A stretch of DNA of 64,000 bases from Candidatus Bathyarchaeota archaeon (GTDB lineage: Archaea; Thermoproteota; Bathyarchaeia; Bathyarchaeales; Bathycorpusculaceae), in NCBI GenBank assembly GCA_963828195.1, contig CAWHDT010000003.1, forward strand, positions 160,001 to 224,000. Direction: 5' to 3'. Shown one piece after another: positions 47,183 to 56,921 of this stretch. A model generated the notes under the pieces. The model did not search any database and was not told the origin of the DNA. It saw only the letters and a list, made by a program, of their open reading frames with translations. Each line of letters begins with the position of its first letter. Positions within the stretch are counted from its first letter, which is position 1. Position numbers and translations under genes: made by a program.

Positions 47183-48883
47183 ATGCTCTCTCAACCTCTA
47201 TATATGGTGAGGGGAGTAAATAAGATAGTAAAATCTATCGATGTTGCTCAATCACAGCCAGAAAAGCAGACCTCCCCATTAATTCATTCTTCACAAAACC
47301 GTTTCGCGGCAAAACTAGATAGGATCGATGAAAGCGGGGTTTTGCTTGAAGAGCTTGGAATAAGCCGCGAACAGTTCAAAATTTTATTCGGTAATCTTCC
47401 TCAAGGTGTGGCTCTGTATAAAATGGTTTATGACGAAAAAGGCGAGCCTGTTGACTTTATTCTTCTTGAGAGCAACGAAGTCTATGAGGGTATTCACTGT
47501 TTTAAGCGTGAACGAATAGGCAAAAGAGCAACTCAGTTTAATCCCCAAATTAAAGATGACCCCTTGGATTGGATAGGGGTTTACGGCAGGGTTGCCACCT
47601 CTGGTGTGCCCGAACAACTGGAAATGTATTGTAAGCCTACAGATAAATGGTATCATCTGTATACTTACAGCCCCAAAAAGACTTTTTTCGTTGCCGTGTT
47701 TATGGATATAACTGAGCAGAAAAAGAAAAAGGCGAAAGAACTTGAGGAACAAAATAAGTTCGAGCAGCAGCTTATTTTTTCAGAAGAAAAATATCGGCGC
47801 CTCTACGAAACTTCTCAAGATGGAATTATGGCAAGGGATACTGAGGGGCGAATGATTGACTGCAATAAAGCCTACGCGAAAATGCTTGGTTACACAAAAA
47901 AAGAATTAAGACAAATATCCGTCCAGCAGCTATTACCTGCGAAGTGGTATGAGCAGAGAGAAAAAATCGTTAACCAAGTTTTAGCTACAGGCTGCTCAAT
48001 CGTTTTCGAAAGAGAATACACACGCAAAGACGACTCGGTTTTTCCAGCTTCTGTCAGAACATGGCGTCTGACTGATGGAAAAGGAAAAGTGATTGGCATT
48101 TGGTCGATTGTTCGGGATATTACTGAGCAGAAGAATTCTCAGAAAAACCTGTTCGACCACGCGGTCGATCTGGAAAAAATAGTTGATGAGCGAACAAAGC
48201 AGCTTAAAGACGCTGAGCGTTTAGCGGCGATTGGGCAAACTGCAGCCATGGTTGGGCATGACCTTCGTAATCCACTGCAGTCAATAACGGGCGAATTGTA
48301 TCTGGCTAAAGGCGAGGTTGAATCGCTTCCCCAAGGTGAACTTAAAAGTAATTTGCTGGAGAGCATAAAGACAATTGAAGAGCAAGCAGCTTACATGGAC
48401 AAGATTGTTTCGGATCTGCAAGCGTTCGTGCGGCCCGTCAGGATAGATAAACAGCCAATCAGCTTGGTTGAGCTCATCACTGGAGTTTTAGCGTCCATTG
48501 TGATCCCAGAGAACGTCAGCGTTAACGTTTGCATGAAAGCAGATTTTCCACAGGTAAAAGCTGATCCACAACTCCTCAAGCGGGTTCTAATTAATCTTGT
48601 AACTAACGCGGTGCAAGCCATGCCAGCAGGGGGGCAGCTCACAATAGGCGCGGAAGTTAACATGCCCGGTCAAGTGACTGTAACGGTGGAGGATACAGGC
48701 GTAGGCATATCTGAAAAAATCAAAGCCCAAATCTTCACGCCATTGTTCACTACTAAACCAAGGGGGCAAGGGTTCGGCTTAGCCGTCTGCAAACGAGTAA
48801 TAGAAGCGCACGGCGGCACCATAAATTTTGAAAGCCGAGAGGGCAAAGGAACAAAATTCACCCTTCAGTTTCCAGCAAGTTAA
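47183..48883 (+). CDS. PAS-PAS histidine kinase
   Basis: Two PAS domains; H-box GHDLRNPL, N-box NAVQAM, G1 DTGVG, FTTK, G2 GFGL. Confidence 0.97.
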   Translation: MLSQPLYMVRGVNKIVKSIDVAQSQPEKQTSPLIHSSQNRFAAKLDRIDESGVLLEELGISREQFKILFGNLPQGVALYKMVYDEKGEPVDFILLESNEVYEGIHCFKRERIGKRATQFNPQIKDDPLDWIGVYGRVATSGVPEQLEMYCKPTDKWYHLYTYSPKKTFFVAVFMDITEQKKKKAKELEEQNKFEQQLIFSEEKYRRLYETSQDGIMARDTEGRMIDCNKAYAKMLGYTKKELRQISVQQLLPAKWYEQREKIVNQVLATGCSIVFEREYTRKDDSVFPASVRTWRLTDGKGKVIGIWSIVRDITEQKNSQKNLFDHAVDLEKIVDERTKQLKDAERLAAIGQTAAMVGHDLRNPLQSITGELYLAKGEVESLPQGELKSNLLESIKTIEEQAAYMDKIVSDLQAFVRPVRIDKQPISLVELITGVLASIVIPENVSVNVCMKADFPQVKADPQLLKRVLINLVTNAVQAMPAGGQLTIGAEVNMPGQVTVTVEDTGVGISEKIKAQIFTPLFTTKPRGQGFGLAVCKRVIEAHGGTINFESREGKGTKFTLQFPAS

Positions 48884-49191
48884 ATCTCAGCCATTTCCTT
48901 CTGTTCGGCTGTTCCTTTCAATTTCTCCCTTAAGCTGTAGAGGAAGGCTAGGAACCAGAACGCGACGGTTGCCCACCCTACAGTGAAACTGACATAGTTG
49001 CCCAGCAGGTAATAAGCCACTTCGAAGCCAACGATGGATACGAACGTTAAGAAAGAACCTACGATGCTGTAGCCGCGGAGGACTTTTCTGTTTTTAATCA
49101 CTGCTCTAAACATTAGCATTAAGGCGGAAAAATTGACTATGCTGGCGAAACTTAAAGCTAAATTAGCTGCGTTCATCTGCTTTTTCCTCAT
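48880..49191 (-). CDS. small 3-TM membrane protein (PQ-loop/SemiSWEET-like topology)
   Basis: Three hydrophobic helices in 103 aa. Confidence 0.65.
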   Translation of the reverse strand: MRKKQMNAANLALSFASIVNFSALMLMFRAVIKNRKVLRGYSIVGSFLTFVSIVGFEVAYYLLGNYVSFTVGWATVAFWFLAFLYSLREKLKGTAEQKEMAEI

Positions 49192-49315
49192 GCCACAACG
49201 TTTTTGTATAACTTAAAACTTGCGCACCGACCAAGCTCTAAGCTGTAAAATACCTTAAATCCAATTACGACAATTGTAAGCTATTCGGCGAAAAGAGAGG
49301 GGGGAATTAGAAAAA

Positions 49316-49450
49316 TTGATTTCGCGTGATTGTGACGGCTGCACACAGCAACATCCATGTATTCTGCGTTACCGCCGAGTTTCTTTAGGCGAAAAAGTCT
49401 ATTGCCCCGATGGAACAGTGCACCTAGTAGACAACGCAAGCATGGCATAA
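49316..49450 (+). CDS. 44-aa Cys-rich micro-protein MISRDCDGCTQQHPCILRYRRVSLGEKVYCPDGTVHLVDNASMA
   Basis: GAGGGG SD, TTG start, TATA near 49254, CxxC...C...CPDG..H pattern, downstream hairpin and T-tract. Confidence 0.7.
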   Translation: MISRDCDGCTQQHPCILRYRRVSLGEKVYCPDGTVHLVDNASMA

Positions 49451-49635
49451 GGGCACGCAAAGTAAGAAGAGTAGCCTAAGTATTCTTCACCCGCTTTATT
49501 TTTTCAAGTCCTTGAATGGCATTGGTTTTTTGTTGTTGAAATTGAGTGCTAATAGTAGGTCTATAGGAAGCGCTTTGTGAATCGGGTTTGTTGCGTTTGC
49601 TATTAGGGAGGGGTTTTTTTACGGAACATGGATTT

Positions 49636-50151
49636 TCATGGAGACTTCATTAACCCCATTTTGAGAAGCATGGTGTATTTCCCTTTAATCCAAAGCATGT
49701 TCCTCAACGTCGTTATCCCCATCAATATTTCGCTCAACTGCTTGAACTGCGCTTCATCAGGAGAAAGCTTCGATTCGCATTCTTTACTCAAAATAACAAA
49801 CTGCGCACTGCGTCCACACATCAACCTGACCTCTTCGATTTCCTCATAAGTGTAGAAACAGCTTTTTTTGCTGAGCCGCAACATGTCGTCCAAAGGCATG
49901 TCTTTGATTTTTTCATCAATCGATTCCCCCTTCTGTGCTTTTTCGCTGTGCGATTCCATGGGCGGAGGCACACCGAACACTGAAGGCATTATGGATAGCG
50001 GCCCTGATGCGTCGGATTCAAAACGATCCGACCTACCCATGCAAACAATCGCAACACGCCTGTCAGTAAAATAAACATCATACCTAGCGTTAACATCAAC
50101 GGGCAAGACAACGTCTTTAACAATTCCCAACACCTTTTCGGAACTTGACAT
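49636..50151 (-). CDS. hypothetical protein (PH-like fold suspected)
   Basis: YDVYFTDRRVAIV...YEEIEEVRL pattern. Confidence 0.7.
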   Translation of the reverse strand: MSSSEKVLGIVKDVVLPVDVNARYDVYFTDRRVAIVCMGRSDRFESDASGPLSIMPSVFGVPPPMESHSEKAQKGESIDEKIKDMPLDDMLRLSKKSCFYTYEEIEEVRLMCGRSAQFVILSKECESKLSPDEAQFKQLSEILMGITTLRNMLWIKGKYTMLLKMGLMKSP

Positions 50152-50330
50152 GCATTAAGTCTCCAGTCAAAAGGTTCTTGCTTTTGCTGGTTCATAAGTT
50201 TTCTTACGTTTTTGCGACAGATCCGGTTGAAAACTGGCGGCGGGAAATAGGATTTAAGCCGATGATCTTAAGATTATCCTATTTTATTTTTTGGTAGGAA
50301 ATTTTTTAGGGTAGGATTTTCTTTTAAAGT

Positions 50331-50582
50331 TTGATTGAAATCATGCGAACTTTGGATGCCCACTTGGTGAAAGTTACGAGGAGAGGACAGATTACGATCC
50401 CTTTGAAGATTAGGCAGCAGTGCGGAATCAAAGAGGGCGACAAATTACTGGTAGAAGTTACAGAAAAAGGAATACTCTTCGAGCCAATACCAAAGCTATC
50501 GGATATGGCGGGAATCGATGTCGGGTGCGCTACAGTGGATGAAGTAGACAAAATGATTGATAAGCTCAGAGAAGAGTACTGA
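50331..50582 (+). CDS. orphan AbrB/MazE-family antitoxin-like regulator
   Basis: VKVTRRGQITIPLKIRQQCGIKEGDKL; no toxin ORF follows. Confidence 0.88.
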   Translation: MIEIMRTLDAHLVKVTRRGQITIPLKIRQQCGIKEGDKLLVEVTEKGILFEPIPKLSDMAGIDVGCATVDEVDKMIDKLREEY

Positions 50583-50632
50583 CTTAAAAGAAGAAACAAA
50601 ACGAGTCTGGATTTAACAATTAACAAAAATAG

Positions 50633-50656
50633 TGGACGTGCCGGGATTTGAACCCG
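50633..50656 (-). other. tRNA 3'-end fragment (T-arm plus Ala-type acceptor strand)
   Basis: Minus strand CGGGTTCAAATCCCGGCACGTCCA; U at position 70 as in tRNA-Ala; no matching 5' half nearby. Confidence 0.75.
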
Positions 50657-50740
50657 CCACAAGAGCGCTGCAATTGCTTCTGTGTCATTCTTTTGATGCA
50701 TAATGCTTAAATTGTTTTTGTTCGTGCTATGTGTGGCTGA

Positions 50741-50845
50741 GGGCTGGTAGATCAGTCTGGTATGATCGCCACGTTGGCATCGTGGAGGTCGCGGGAAGCA
50801 CGGCAGTTTCGGCTGTGCTCGCGAATTCAAATCCCGCCCAGTCCA
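50741..50845 (+). tRNA. tRNA-Ala(GGC) with a 30-nt intron at non-canonical position 53/54 (intron 50796-50825)
   Basis: Acceptor GGGCTGG/CCAGTCC with G3:U70, anticodon arm CCACG-TTGGCAT-CGTGG, T arm GCGGG^TTCAAAT-CCCGC. BHB-like motif: CGCG/CGCG helix with GGA and AAT 3-nt segments. Confidence 0.95.
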
Positions 50846-50985
50846 TTCTGGAGCGGAAGGGGAGATCCCTTCCCAGCCCATCCTCCTAACTTTCTGCAGT
50901 GTTTTATGGAAATTTCCCCTCATCTCTGACGGCGTAGCTTTTTATAATGCAACTGCAAATAGAGAAGCCAAGCAAGGTGCAAAAG

Positions 50986-52038
50986 ATGCCTAAAGTTAAA
51001 GTTGCGTTAATCGGCGTTGGAAACTGCGCTTCAGCCTTCATGCAAGGCATCCAATACTATGGGAAACTCGAAAAACCCGAAGATTTCGTTGGATTGCGAA
51101 ACCCCGTTTTAGCAGGTTTAAGCCCCAAAGACATCGCGGTGGTCGCAGCTTTTGATGTTGATGCACGCAAGGTTGGAAAAGACCTTTCAGAAGCAGTTTT
51201 TGCAGCTCCTAATAACGCGCCGAAGGTCTGCAATGTGCCTTCAACAGGCGTTAAAGTTAGCAAGGGTCCTCTGCTGGATGGTTTGGGGGAATCAAGTAAA
51301 GTTATCGTGGAAGTCAGCACCGCGCCTGACGTGAACGTTGCGGGGGTTCTCAAGGATGCGGGTGCTGAAGTTATGGTTAATTTGCTGCCGAGTGGAGCCT
51401 CAAAAGCTTCGCAGTTTTACGCTGAACAGGCTCTAGCCGCGGGGTGCGCTTTCGTGAACGTCACACCGAACTTTATCGCCAGCGACGCAGCGTGGGCTAA
51501 ACGGTTTGCCGACGCGAAGCTTCCGCTTGTAGGCGACGACTTAGTAGATCAGGTCGGCTCAACTTCTCTACATAAAACCCTGCTTAAACTGCTCTCCGAC
51601 AGCGGAGTCAGGATAGATGAAACTTACCAGCTTGACGTCGGCGGAGGAACCGAATCCGTTGACACAATGGACCGCACGCGGGATGCAAAACGCCAAATCA
51701 AAACCGAGTCAGTAGCAGCCGCAATACCCTACAAGGCTGAAATTGTCGCTGGCTCAACAGATTACGTGGATTTCCTTCAGAACAAACGTGACAGCTACTT
51801 CTGGATAAGCGGCAACTACTTCTGCAATGCGCCAATGAAAATTGACCTCAAATTCCAAACCGTTGACGCGCCAAACGCAGGCTCAGTGCTCTTCGATGTG
51901 GTGCGCGCAATGAAGTTGGCGTTAAACAAGAAATTAACCGGTGCCTTGGAGCCAGTTTGCGCCTATGCTTTTAAGCGTCCGCCCAAAATGTTGTCGATTG
52001 AAGCCGCCGAAAAAGAATTCGAGAAATTCATTGCTTAA
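50986..52038 (+). CDS. ino1: myo-inositol-1-phosphate synthase
   Basis: VALIGVGNCAS, AAFDVDARKVGKDLSEA, GDD, YQLDVGG, D.PN.G. Confidence 0.92.
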   Translation: MPKVKVALIGVGNCASAFMQGIQYYGKLEKPEDFVGLRNPVLAGLSPKDIAVVAAFDVDARKVGKDLSEAVFAAPNNAPKVCNVPSTGVKVSKGPLLDGLGESSKVIVEVSTAPDVNVAGVLKDAGAEVMVNLLPSGASKASQFYAEQALAAGCAFVNVTPNFIASDAAWAKRFADAKLPLVGDDLVDQVGSTSLHKTLLKLLSDSGVRIDETYQLDVGGGTESVDTMDRTRDAKRQIKTESVAAAIPYKAEIVAGSTDYVDFLQNKRDSYFWISGNYFCNAPMKIDLKFQTVDAPNAGSVLFDVVRAMKLALNKKLTGALEPVCAYAFKRPPKMLSIEAAEKEFEKFIA

Positions 52039-52131
52039 CCTCCCTTTGAATTCTTTCCTTTTCTCACCTTGTATTGCGGTACAAAAAACCTTTTTAACTA
52101 GAAAAGCCGAACTACATTCTGAGCACCTTAA

Positions 52132-52806
52132 ATGCGAAAAGCAGTTGCAGCAATCTTAATCATCGCTTTTGTCGTTATTTCGGTAACTTTAACCTTAACT
52201 GAAGCTCAGCAAGCTCAACCTTCTGTGGGCGTTAAGCCGGGCGACTGGGTTGAGTACTCAGTTAAAAATGCTGGTGCTGTTCCCGCTGCTCAAGATTTAA
52301 CATGGGCTAAAATCGAGATCCTAAATGTAGACGGCGAATCGTTTAACGCTAACTTCACGGTCGAATACGTCAATGGAACCTACTCAACGTCAACAAGATC
52401 CTTCAACTTCTCCTCTGGAAACGTTCAAGCCTGGATAATTATACCAGCAAATCTTAGTCCAGGACAAATCTTCTATGATTCATCAATTAACAGCAACGTA
52501 ACAATTCAGGGTCAAATCCAAAAAACCGTCGCCGGGGCAGAACGAACAGTCACCTACGCAAATAGCACTGTAAGTGGTAACGAAAGAAATAAGGAGTGGG
52601 ATAAAGCTACGGGTTTTTACATTCAAAGTGAAGATTACTTGGGAACTTACACTGTTAATGCACAGGCAATAGCAACAAACATTTGGAGCCCCCAAATTTT
52701 AGGCTTAAACCAGAACGTGTTTTACCTGGTTGTTGCAGCCGTCGTCGTTGTAGTTGCCGTGGTCGCTGCAGTGGCTGTGATTGTCCCAAAAAAGAAAAAG
52801 AAATAG
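52132..52806 (+). CDS. secreted protein with C-terminal TM anchor
   Basis: Signal peptide, VGVKPGDWVEY, WDKATG, C-terminal TM helix + KKKKK. Confidence 0.8.
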   Translation: MRKAVAAILIIAFVVISVTLTLTEAQQAQPSVGVKPGDWVEYSVKNAGAVPAAQDLTWAKIEILNVDGESFNANFTVEYVNGTYSTSTRSFNFSSGNVQAWIIIPANLSPGQIFYDSSINSNVTIQGQIQKTVAGAERTVTYANSTVSGNERNKEWDKATGFYIQSEDYLGTYTVNAQAIATNIWSPQILGLNQNVFYLVVAAVVVVVAVVAAVAVIVPKKKKK

Positions 52807-52834
52807 TTGCCAATGACAACCATTCAGGGACCCG

Positions 52835-53935
52835 CTAAAGTTTTGCAAGTTCCTCTATTATTTTGTCTCTGACCCCGTTTTTCTTCAGCGTGTCTTTTAG
52901 GTAATTTATTGTTTTAACAGGTGTCGGGTCCACGCCGTGCAGAATCGCCAAGTAGATGCTTGTGAAATCGCCGACACAAATGGTTGACAGCATCTTTGCC
53001 AATGGGCTTTTGCCTTGAGCAGACACTTCAAACAGCTTCACGCCCGCTTTCTCAAGCATCTCTTTTGTGATCTCGATTCTGCTGCGGACTTCAGTAGGTT
53101 CCGCTTTGTCCCTGATTATGATTGCTGTGAAGCATTTGGCAACGTCGCCGGAGCTTTCCCAACCTACAATTTCGTTGTGGTTAAGTTCCGAGAAAACTTC
53201 CCATTTCGCGGGAATCTTGGTGTTTTCGTTGAATTGCTGCTTAAACCGCTCGGCTACGCTTCGGTAGAACCCAAAACCGTAGACGACAGGTGAAGTCTTC
53301 CCGATGCCTAAAGCTAAAGTTTTAGCAAAGTTGTTTTCAGCGGGCTTTTCAGGCGAGTTGTCTTTGCTGACTTTTTCCAGAAGAGACACCGCTTCAGCGA
53401 ATTCCTCTCTGACGCCTGAAACCAAACCCATTTTCTCCAAAACAAAAATCAGAGGAACGAACAGGTAGGGAAGCGCTGCTCGAGGAGGATTGCCGCCTGG
53501 GACACGCAGGTAAGGCACTTTGAGCCGTTCCGCGTTTTCCAATAGGGCGCCGCCGCTGCTTACGCAGAAAATCATGCATTTCCGCTTAAGTGCATCAAGA
53601 AAAGCGCCGAGGGATTCTTCAGTGTCGCCTGAGTAGCTGGTTATAAGAACCAGGGTTTTTTTGCCTGCGTAAGCGGGCAGGTCATATTCTCGGTTGATTT
53701 CAATCGGCACGTCTGTTTTGTTTCTTGCCCAGTCTTTGAGCAGGTCGCCGCCGATTGCTGAGCCGCCCATGCCTGAAACGATAATGTTGTCTGGTTTGGG
53801 ATAGTTTATTTTGATTTTTTCAGCCAGCTTCGCCGCGTCAAGGTAACGTTTAGCTGAATCAACGCTGAAATTAATCATGTTACTTTTATCAACGGCTTTA
53901 ATTTCGTCAGGTTCATCTAAAATGGGTGTCTTCAT
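52835..53935 (-). CDS. bifunctional phosphoglucose/phosphomannose isomerase
   Basis: GMGGSAIGG, SYSGDTEE, PRAA, NENTK, ELNHNEIVG, GVDPTPV. Confidence 0.96.
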   Translation of the reverse strand: MKTPILDEPDEIKAVDKSNMINFSVDSAKRYLDAAKLAEKIKINYPKPDNIIVSGMGGSAIGGDLLKDWARNKTDVPIEINREYDLPAYAGKKTLVLITSYSGDTEESLGAFLDALKRKCMIFCVSSGGALLENAERLKVPYLRVPGGNPPRAALPYLFVPLIFVLEKMGLVSGVREEFAEAVSLLEKVSKDNSPEKPAENNFAKTLALGIGKTSPVVYGFGFYRSVAERFKQQFNENTKIPAKWEVFSELNHNEIVGWESSGDVAKCFTAIIIRDKAEPTEVRSRIEITKEMLEKAGVKLFEVSAQGKSPLAKMLSTICVGDFTSIYLAILHGVDPTPVKTINYLKDTLKKNGVRDKIIEELAKL

Positions 53936-54031
53936 TTTTGAATCCTCCAGTAACCCGCACTTTTATATCTCGTCTCCCACTTTTAAGGTCAACGCACAAC
54001 AAATTAACCAGGCAATAGGAAGCAACCCGCC

Positions 54032-54880
54032 GTGGACAAAAAAAAGCTTGCAATCGCGATTCCAGCATCCGTAATTTCGGATACGCCGCACCTGCGGGAA
54101 AAAACCTCGAAGGTCGGGTTGATTGGAAGGACAGCGGCGATTTTCAGGGTGGATGAAATCATAGTTTACTCAGATAACCCCAGAGCTAATCAGGCTGTAG
54201 ACATGGATTTTATCTCGCTGCTTCTAAGCTACTTGGAAACGCCTCAGTATCTGCGAAAAGGGCTCTTCAAACTTGAGCCCAGTCTGCAGTTCGCTGGAAT
54301 TTTGCCTCCGCTGCGCACACCTCATCACCCTGTCAGCGGGAAAACTCGGGATTTAAAGGTCGGCGAATACCGTGAAGGCCTGGTTTTGTCGAAGGCTAAG
54401 GAAGGCTTGCTTGTGGACATAGGCGTTGAGCAACCCGCGGTTCTGAGGGAAACACAGCATGCCCTAGGCGACCGCTTAACCCTGCAGATTGTTAAGGTTG
54501 GCGGAAGAATTGAGATCCAGACAGCAAATCGAGATGACATCCCACTTTACTGGGGATACAGAGTTCGCGTAGAAAAGCGCCCGTTTGGGCGACTGGTAAC
54601 TGATAAAGAATTTGATTTAACCATAGCCACCGCAAGGATCGGCGACAAATTCAGTGATGCGGCAGCTGAAATTGGAGAAAAATGGGTTAAGGCACAGCAT
54701 ATTTTGGTTGCGTTTGGGGCTCCCTCGCGTGGTTTGCATGAGATTGCCAAAGAAGAAGGCGCAAAGCTTGAGGCGCTGGTGGATTTTACTGTAAATACGG
54801 TTCCTGAACAGGGAACGGCGACGGTTCGAACTGAAGAGGCGCTTTTGGCTACACTGGCAATTTTCAATGTTTATTTTTAG
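54032..54880 (+). CDS. SPOUT RNA methyltransferase (DUF171 family)
   Basis: AAIFRVDEI, YLETPQYLRK, GILPPLRTPHH, QGTATVRTEEA. Confidence 0.95.
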   Translation: MDKKKLAIAIPASVISDTPHLREKTSKVGLIGRTAAIFRVDEIIVYSDNPRANQAVDMDFISLLLSYLETPQYLRKGLFKLEPSLQFAGILPPLRTPHHPVSGKTRDLKVGEYREGLVLSKAKEGLLVDIGVEQPAVLRETQHALGDRLTLQIVKVGGRIEIQTANRDDIPLYWGYRVRVEKRPFGRLVTDKEFDLTIATARIGDKFSDAAAEIGEKWVKAQHILVAFGAPSRGLHEIAKEEGAKLEALVDFTVNTVPEQGTATVRTEEALLATLAIFNVYF

Positions 54881-55053
54881 TTATGTGGGTCTAATTTTGC
54901 CGCTGAAAAAGGCTAGCTAAATGTAGACCATATTTTTCGATACTAACACAATAAGTAGGTATGCTCTCCGAGTTACTATATCGCTGTATAAGTTGGGACG
55001 TTTTTCCATTTTTGGCTAAAGGCATAAATGAGTCGCTGATTATTCTGCTCTCC

Positions 55054-56217
55054 ATGCCCACTCTTGACATAGCAATGCCACTCGCATTGTTCGCTGTAGT
55101 TATAGTTGCCTTGCTTTTGAACAAGCGCAGTGGCGGAAAATTGATGTCAACAGTTGAGGAAAAAGAGTTCAAAATGAGAGACGTAGTTATCCTTGTTGTC
55201 TTCATGGCAATAATTATTACGGGATTAGCCTTCGCTGCAATGTATAATCCCGGCGGACTCTTTGAAGACGTCATACTTCTCTTCTTTTTGTCATCATACA
55301 CTACGCTGCTTTTCACTATTTCATATGTATTCAGCGGAATCACAAAAATCAGGGCTCAGCTCATCTCCATCGGTTTTGGCGCTGCATCTATAGTTGCAGG
55401 AGTCGTCTGCGCATTAGCGCCATTTCATGATGCCTTCACAATCTTTAGAGTTGTCGCATTCATAGGGTTGGCCGCCTTCTGCTTTGGCGTAGCTGTTTAC
55501 GAGCAGATAAAGACCTCGCTTAAACAACGTTGGTACGTAGCTGCACAACCACCTGCAATATTTGTTCTGCTATTTGTCTTCTTTAACTTCATAAATAACT
55601 CGGGGACTGCAGCAGTGTGGTCTCCTTACCTCCTGGATGTTTTCGGCTTAACTTTTGCTGTTTTGATTATTTTGTATCTTAGCTCGCTGTTTAACTGGAA
55701 GACAGTGGGGCTCTTTGCCGTTCTTTTGACGTCTATGGACATTATTTTGGTTATCGGTTCATCGGCAATGCTGACTGCTGCAAATTCGTTTACCGGCTTG
55801 GGGCTTCCTGTACTGGTTATCTTGCCGAACACTCCTATCGTTACAGTAATTAATCCTGTTACGCATCTCAGTGGCATCGAATTTAGAGGGCTTGGTTTAG
55901 GTGACTTCTTCTTTGCAGGAGTATTGGCAGTGCAAACAGACAAAAAGTTCGGAATGAAAACAGCTATTATTGCTGCAGTTGCGATGGCTGTATCTTTCGG
56001 CATCTGGGAAGCGTTTCTGCAAGATATAATCAATGACCTTGTTCCCATTCTTGGAAGAAACATCGGAGGATGGCCCGCAACCACTTGTATGCTAACAGGA
56101 TGGGCGCCAGTCGTCGCTTGGAAACTGCTTAGCGACAGAAGAAAAGCATCCAAGATACCTGCTGAAAGTAAACTGCCTGAGGTCCCCAAAGAGCAAAGCA
56201 GTTTACCGATACAATGA
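55054..56217 (+). CDS. presenilin/signal-peptide-peptidase-like intramembrane aspartyl protease
   Basis: MD (YD-equivalent), GLGLGDF, WPAT (PAL-equivalent); ~11 TM helices. Confidence 0.8.
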   Translation: MPTLDIAMPLALFAVVIVALLLNKRSGGKLMSTVEEKEFKMRDVVILVVFMAIIITGLAFAAMYNPGGLFEDVILLFFLSSYTTLLFTISYVFSGITKIRAQLISIGFGAASIVAGVVCALAPFHDAFTIFRVVAFIGLAAFCFGVAVYEQIKTSLKQRWYVAAQPPAIFVLLFVFFNFINNSGTAAVWSPYLLDVFGLTFAVLIILYLSSLFNWKTVGLFAVLLTSMDIILVIGSSAMLTAANSFTGLGLPVLVILPNTPIVTVINPVTHLSGIEFRGLGLGDFFFAGVLAVQTDKKFGMKTAIIAAVAMAVSFGIWEAFLQDIINDLVPILGRNIGGWPATTCMLTGWAPVVAWKLLSDRRKASKIPAESKLPEVPKEQSSLPIQ

Positions 56218-56322
56218 GCATTCTTAACTTTTAGAACGTCTATACGGCATTTTTGCGAACTATATGTTAAAACGAAAATAAATTCTGGGGAAAAATGGTT
56301 AAAAAAGAATAAGAGGCGTATT

Positions 56323-56646
56323 TTACCCGAATAGGGCGCCTAATCCTTCTAGAGCTGCTTCTTCCTTGGCTTTTTCTTCTTCAGCTTTCTTCTTCTTATC
56401 CTCTGGTGGAGCTGCTGCCGGTGCCGCTGCGCCGCCTGCTGGAGCTGCAACTGGAGCCGCCGCCATCATTGCTGGGGCTGCTTTGATTGCTTCATCAATG
56501 TTTACTTCGCTCAGTGATGCTACAAGTGCTTTTACCTGTATCGGGTCAACTGTGATTCCTGCTGCTGAGAGAACTTTTGTTACTGAATCCTCGTCTATTC
56601 CTTTTCCTGCCTTGTGAAGGAGCATTGCTGCGTAAATATTTTCCAT
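56323..56646 (-). CDS. rpl12: 50S ribosomal stalk protein P1 (L12)
   Basis: [11 protein letters not shown]...Ala-rich hinge...[13 protein letters not shown]. Confidence 0.98.
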   Translation of the reverse strand: MENIYAAMLLHKAGKGIDEDSVTKVLSAAGITVDPIQVKALVASLSEVNIDEAIKAAPAMMAAAPVAAPAGGAAAPAAAPPEDKKKKAEEEKAKEEAALEGLGALFG

Positions 56647-56760
56647 ACCTTTTCACCTCTTCATCGGACTATTTTAACCTTTTCCGTTGGTCAGACCCGC
56701 CTCGTTTAAGCGAAGCTGATCGTTACCTTGAACTGGCAGTTGATTCCGCCATTTCTTGCC
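56647..56760 (-). promoter_or_regulatory. structured 5' leader of rpl12
   Basis: TATA-like TTCATAAG near 56785; three hairpins with G-U pairs on the mRNA strand; SD GAGGTG. Confidence 0.5.
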
Positions 56761-56921
56761 GTTTAGAAGAATACCCAATACCTTATGAACCTTTCGAAAC
56801 AGGAGTTGACGTAGACATTAACAACTTTTTCGGTTTCTCATGATACCCAAAAACCATGTTGCCTCATAACGCTTATCTTTAAGGCGAGGCACAATACGGT
56901 GATTTACAGGTTAATGATAAT

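Noticed and set aside
50324-50923. 199-aa minus-strand ORF
   Set aside because: Antisense to tRNA-Ala and the AbrB gene; a typical tRNA shadow translation.
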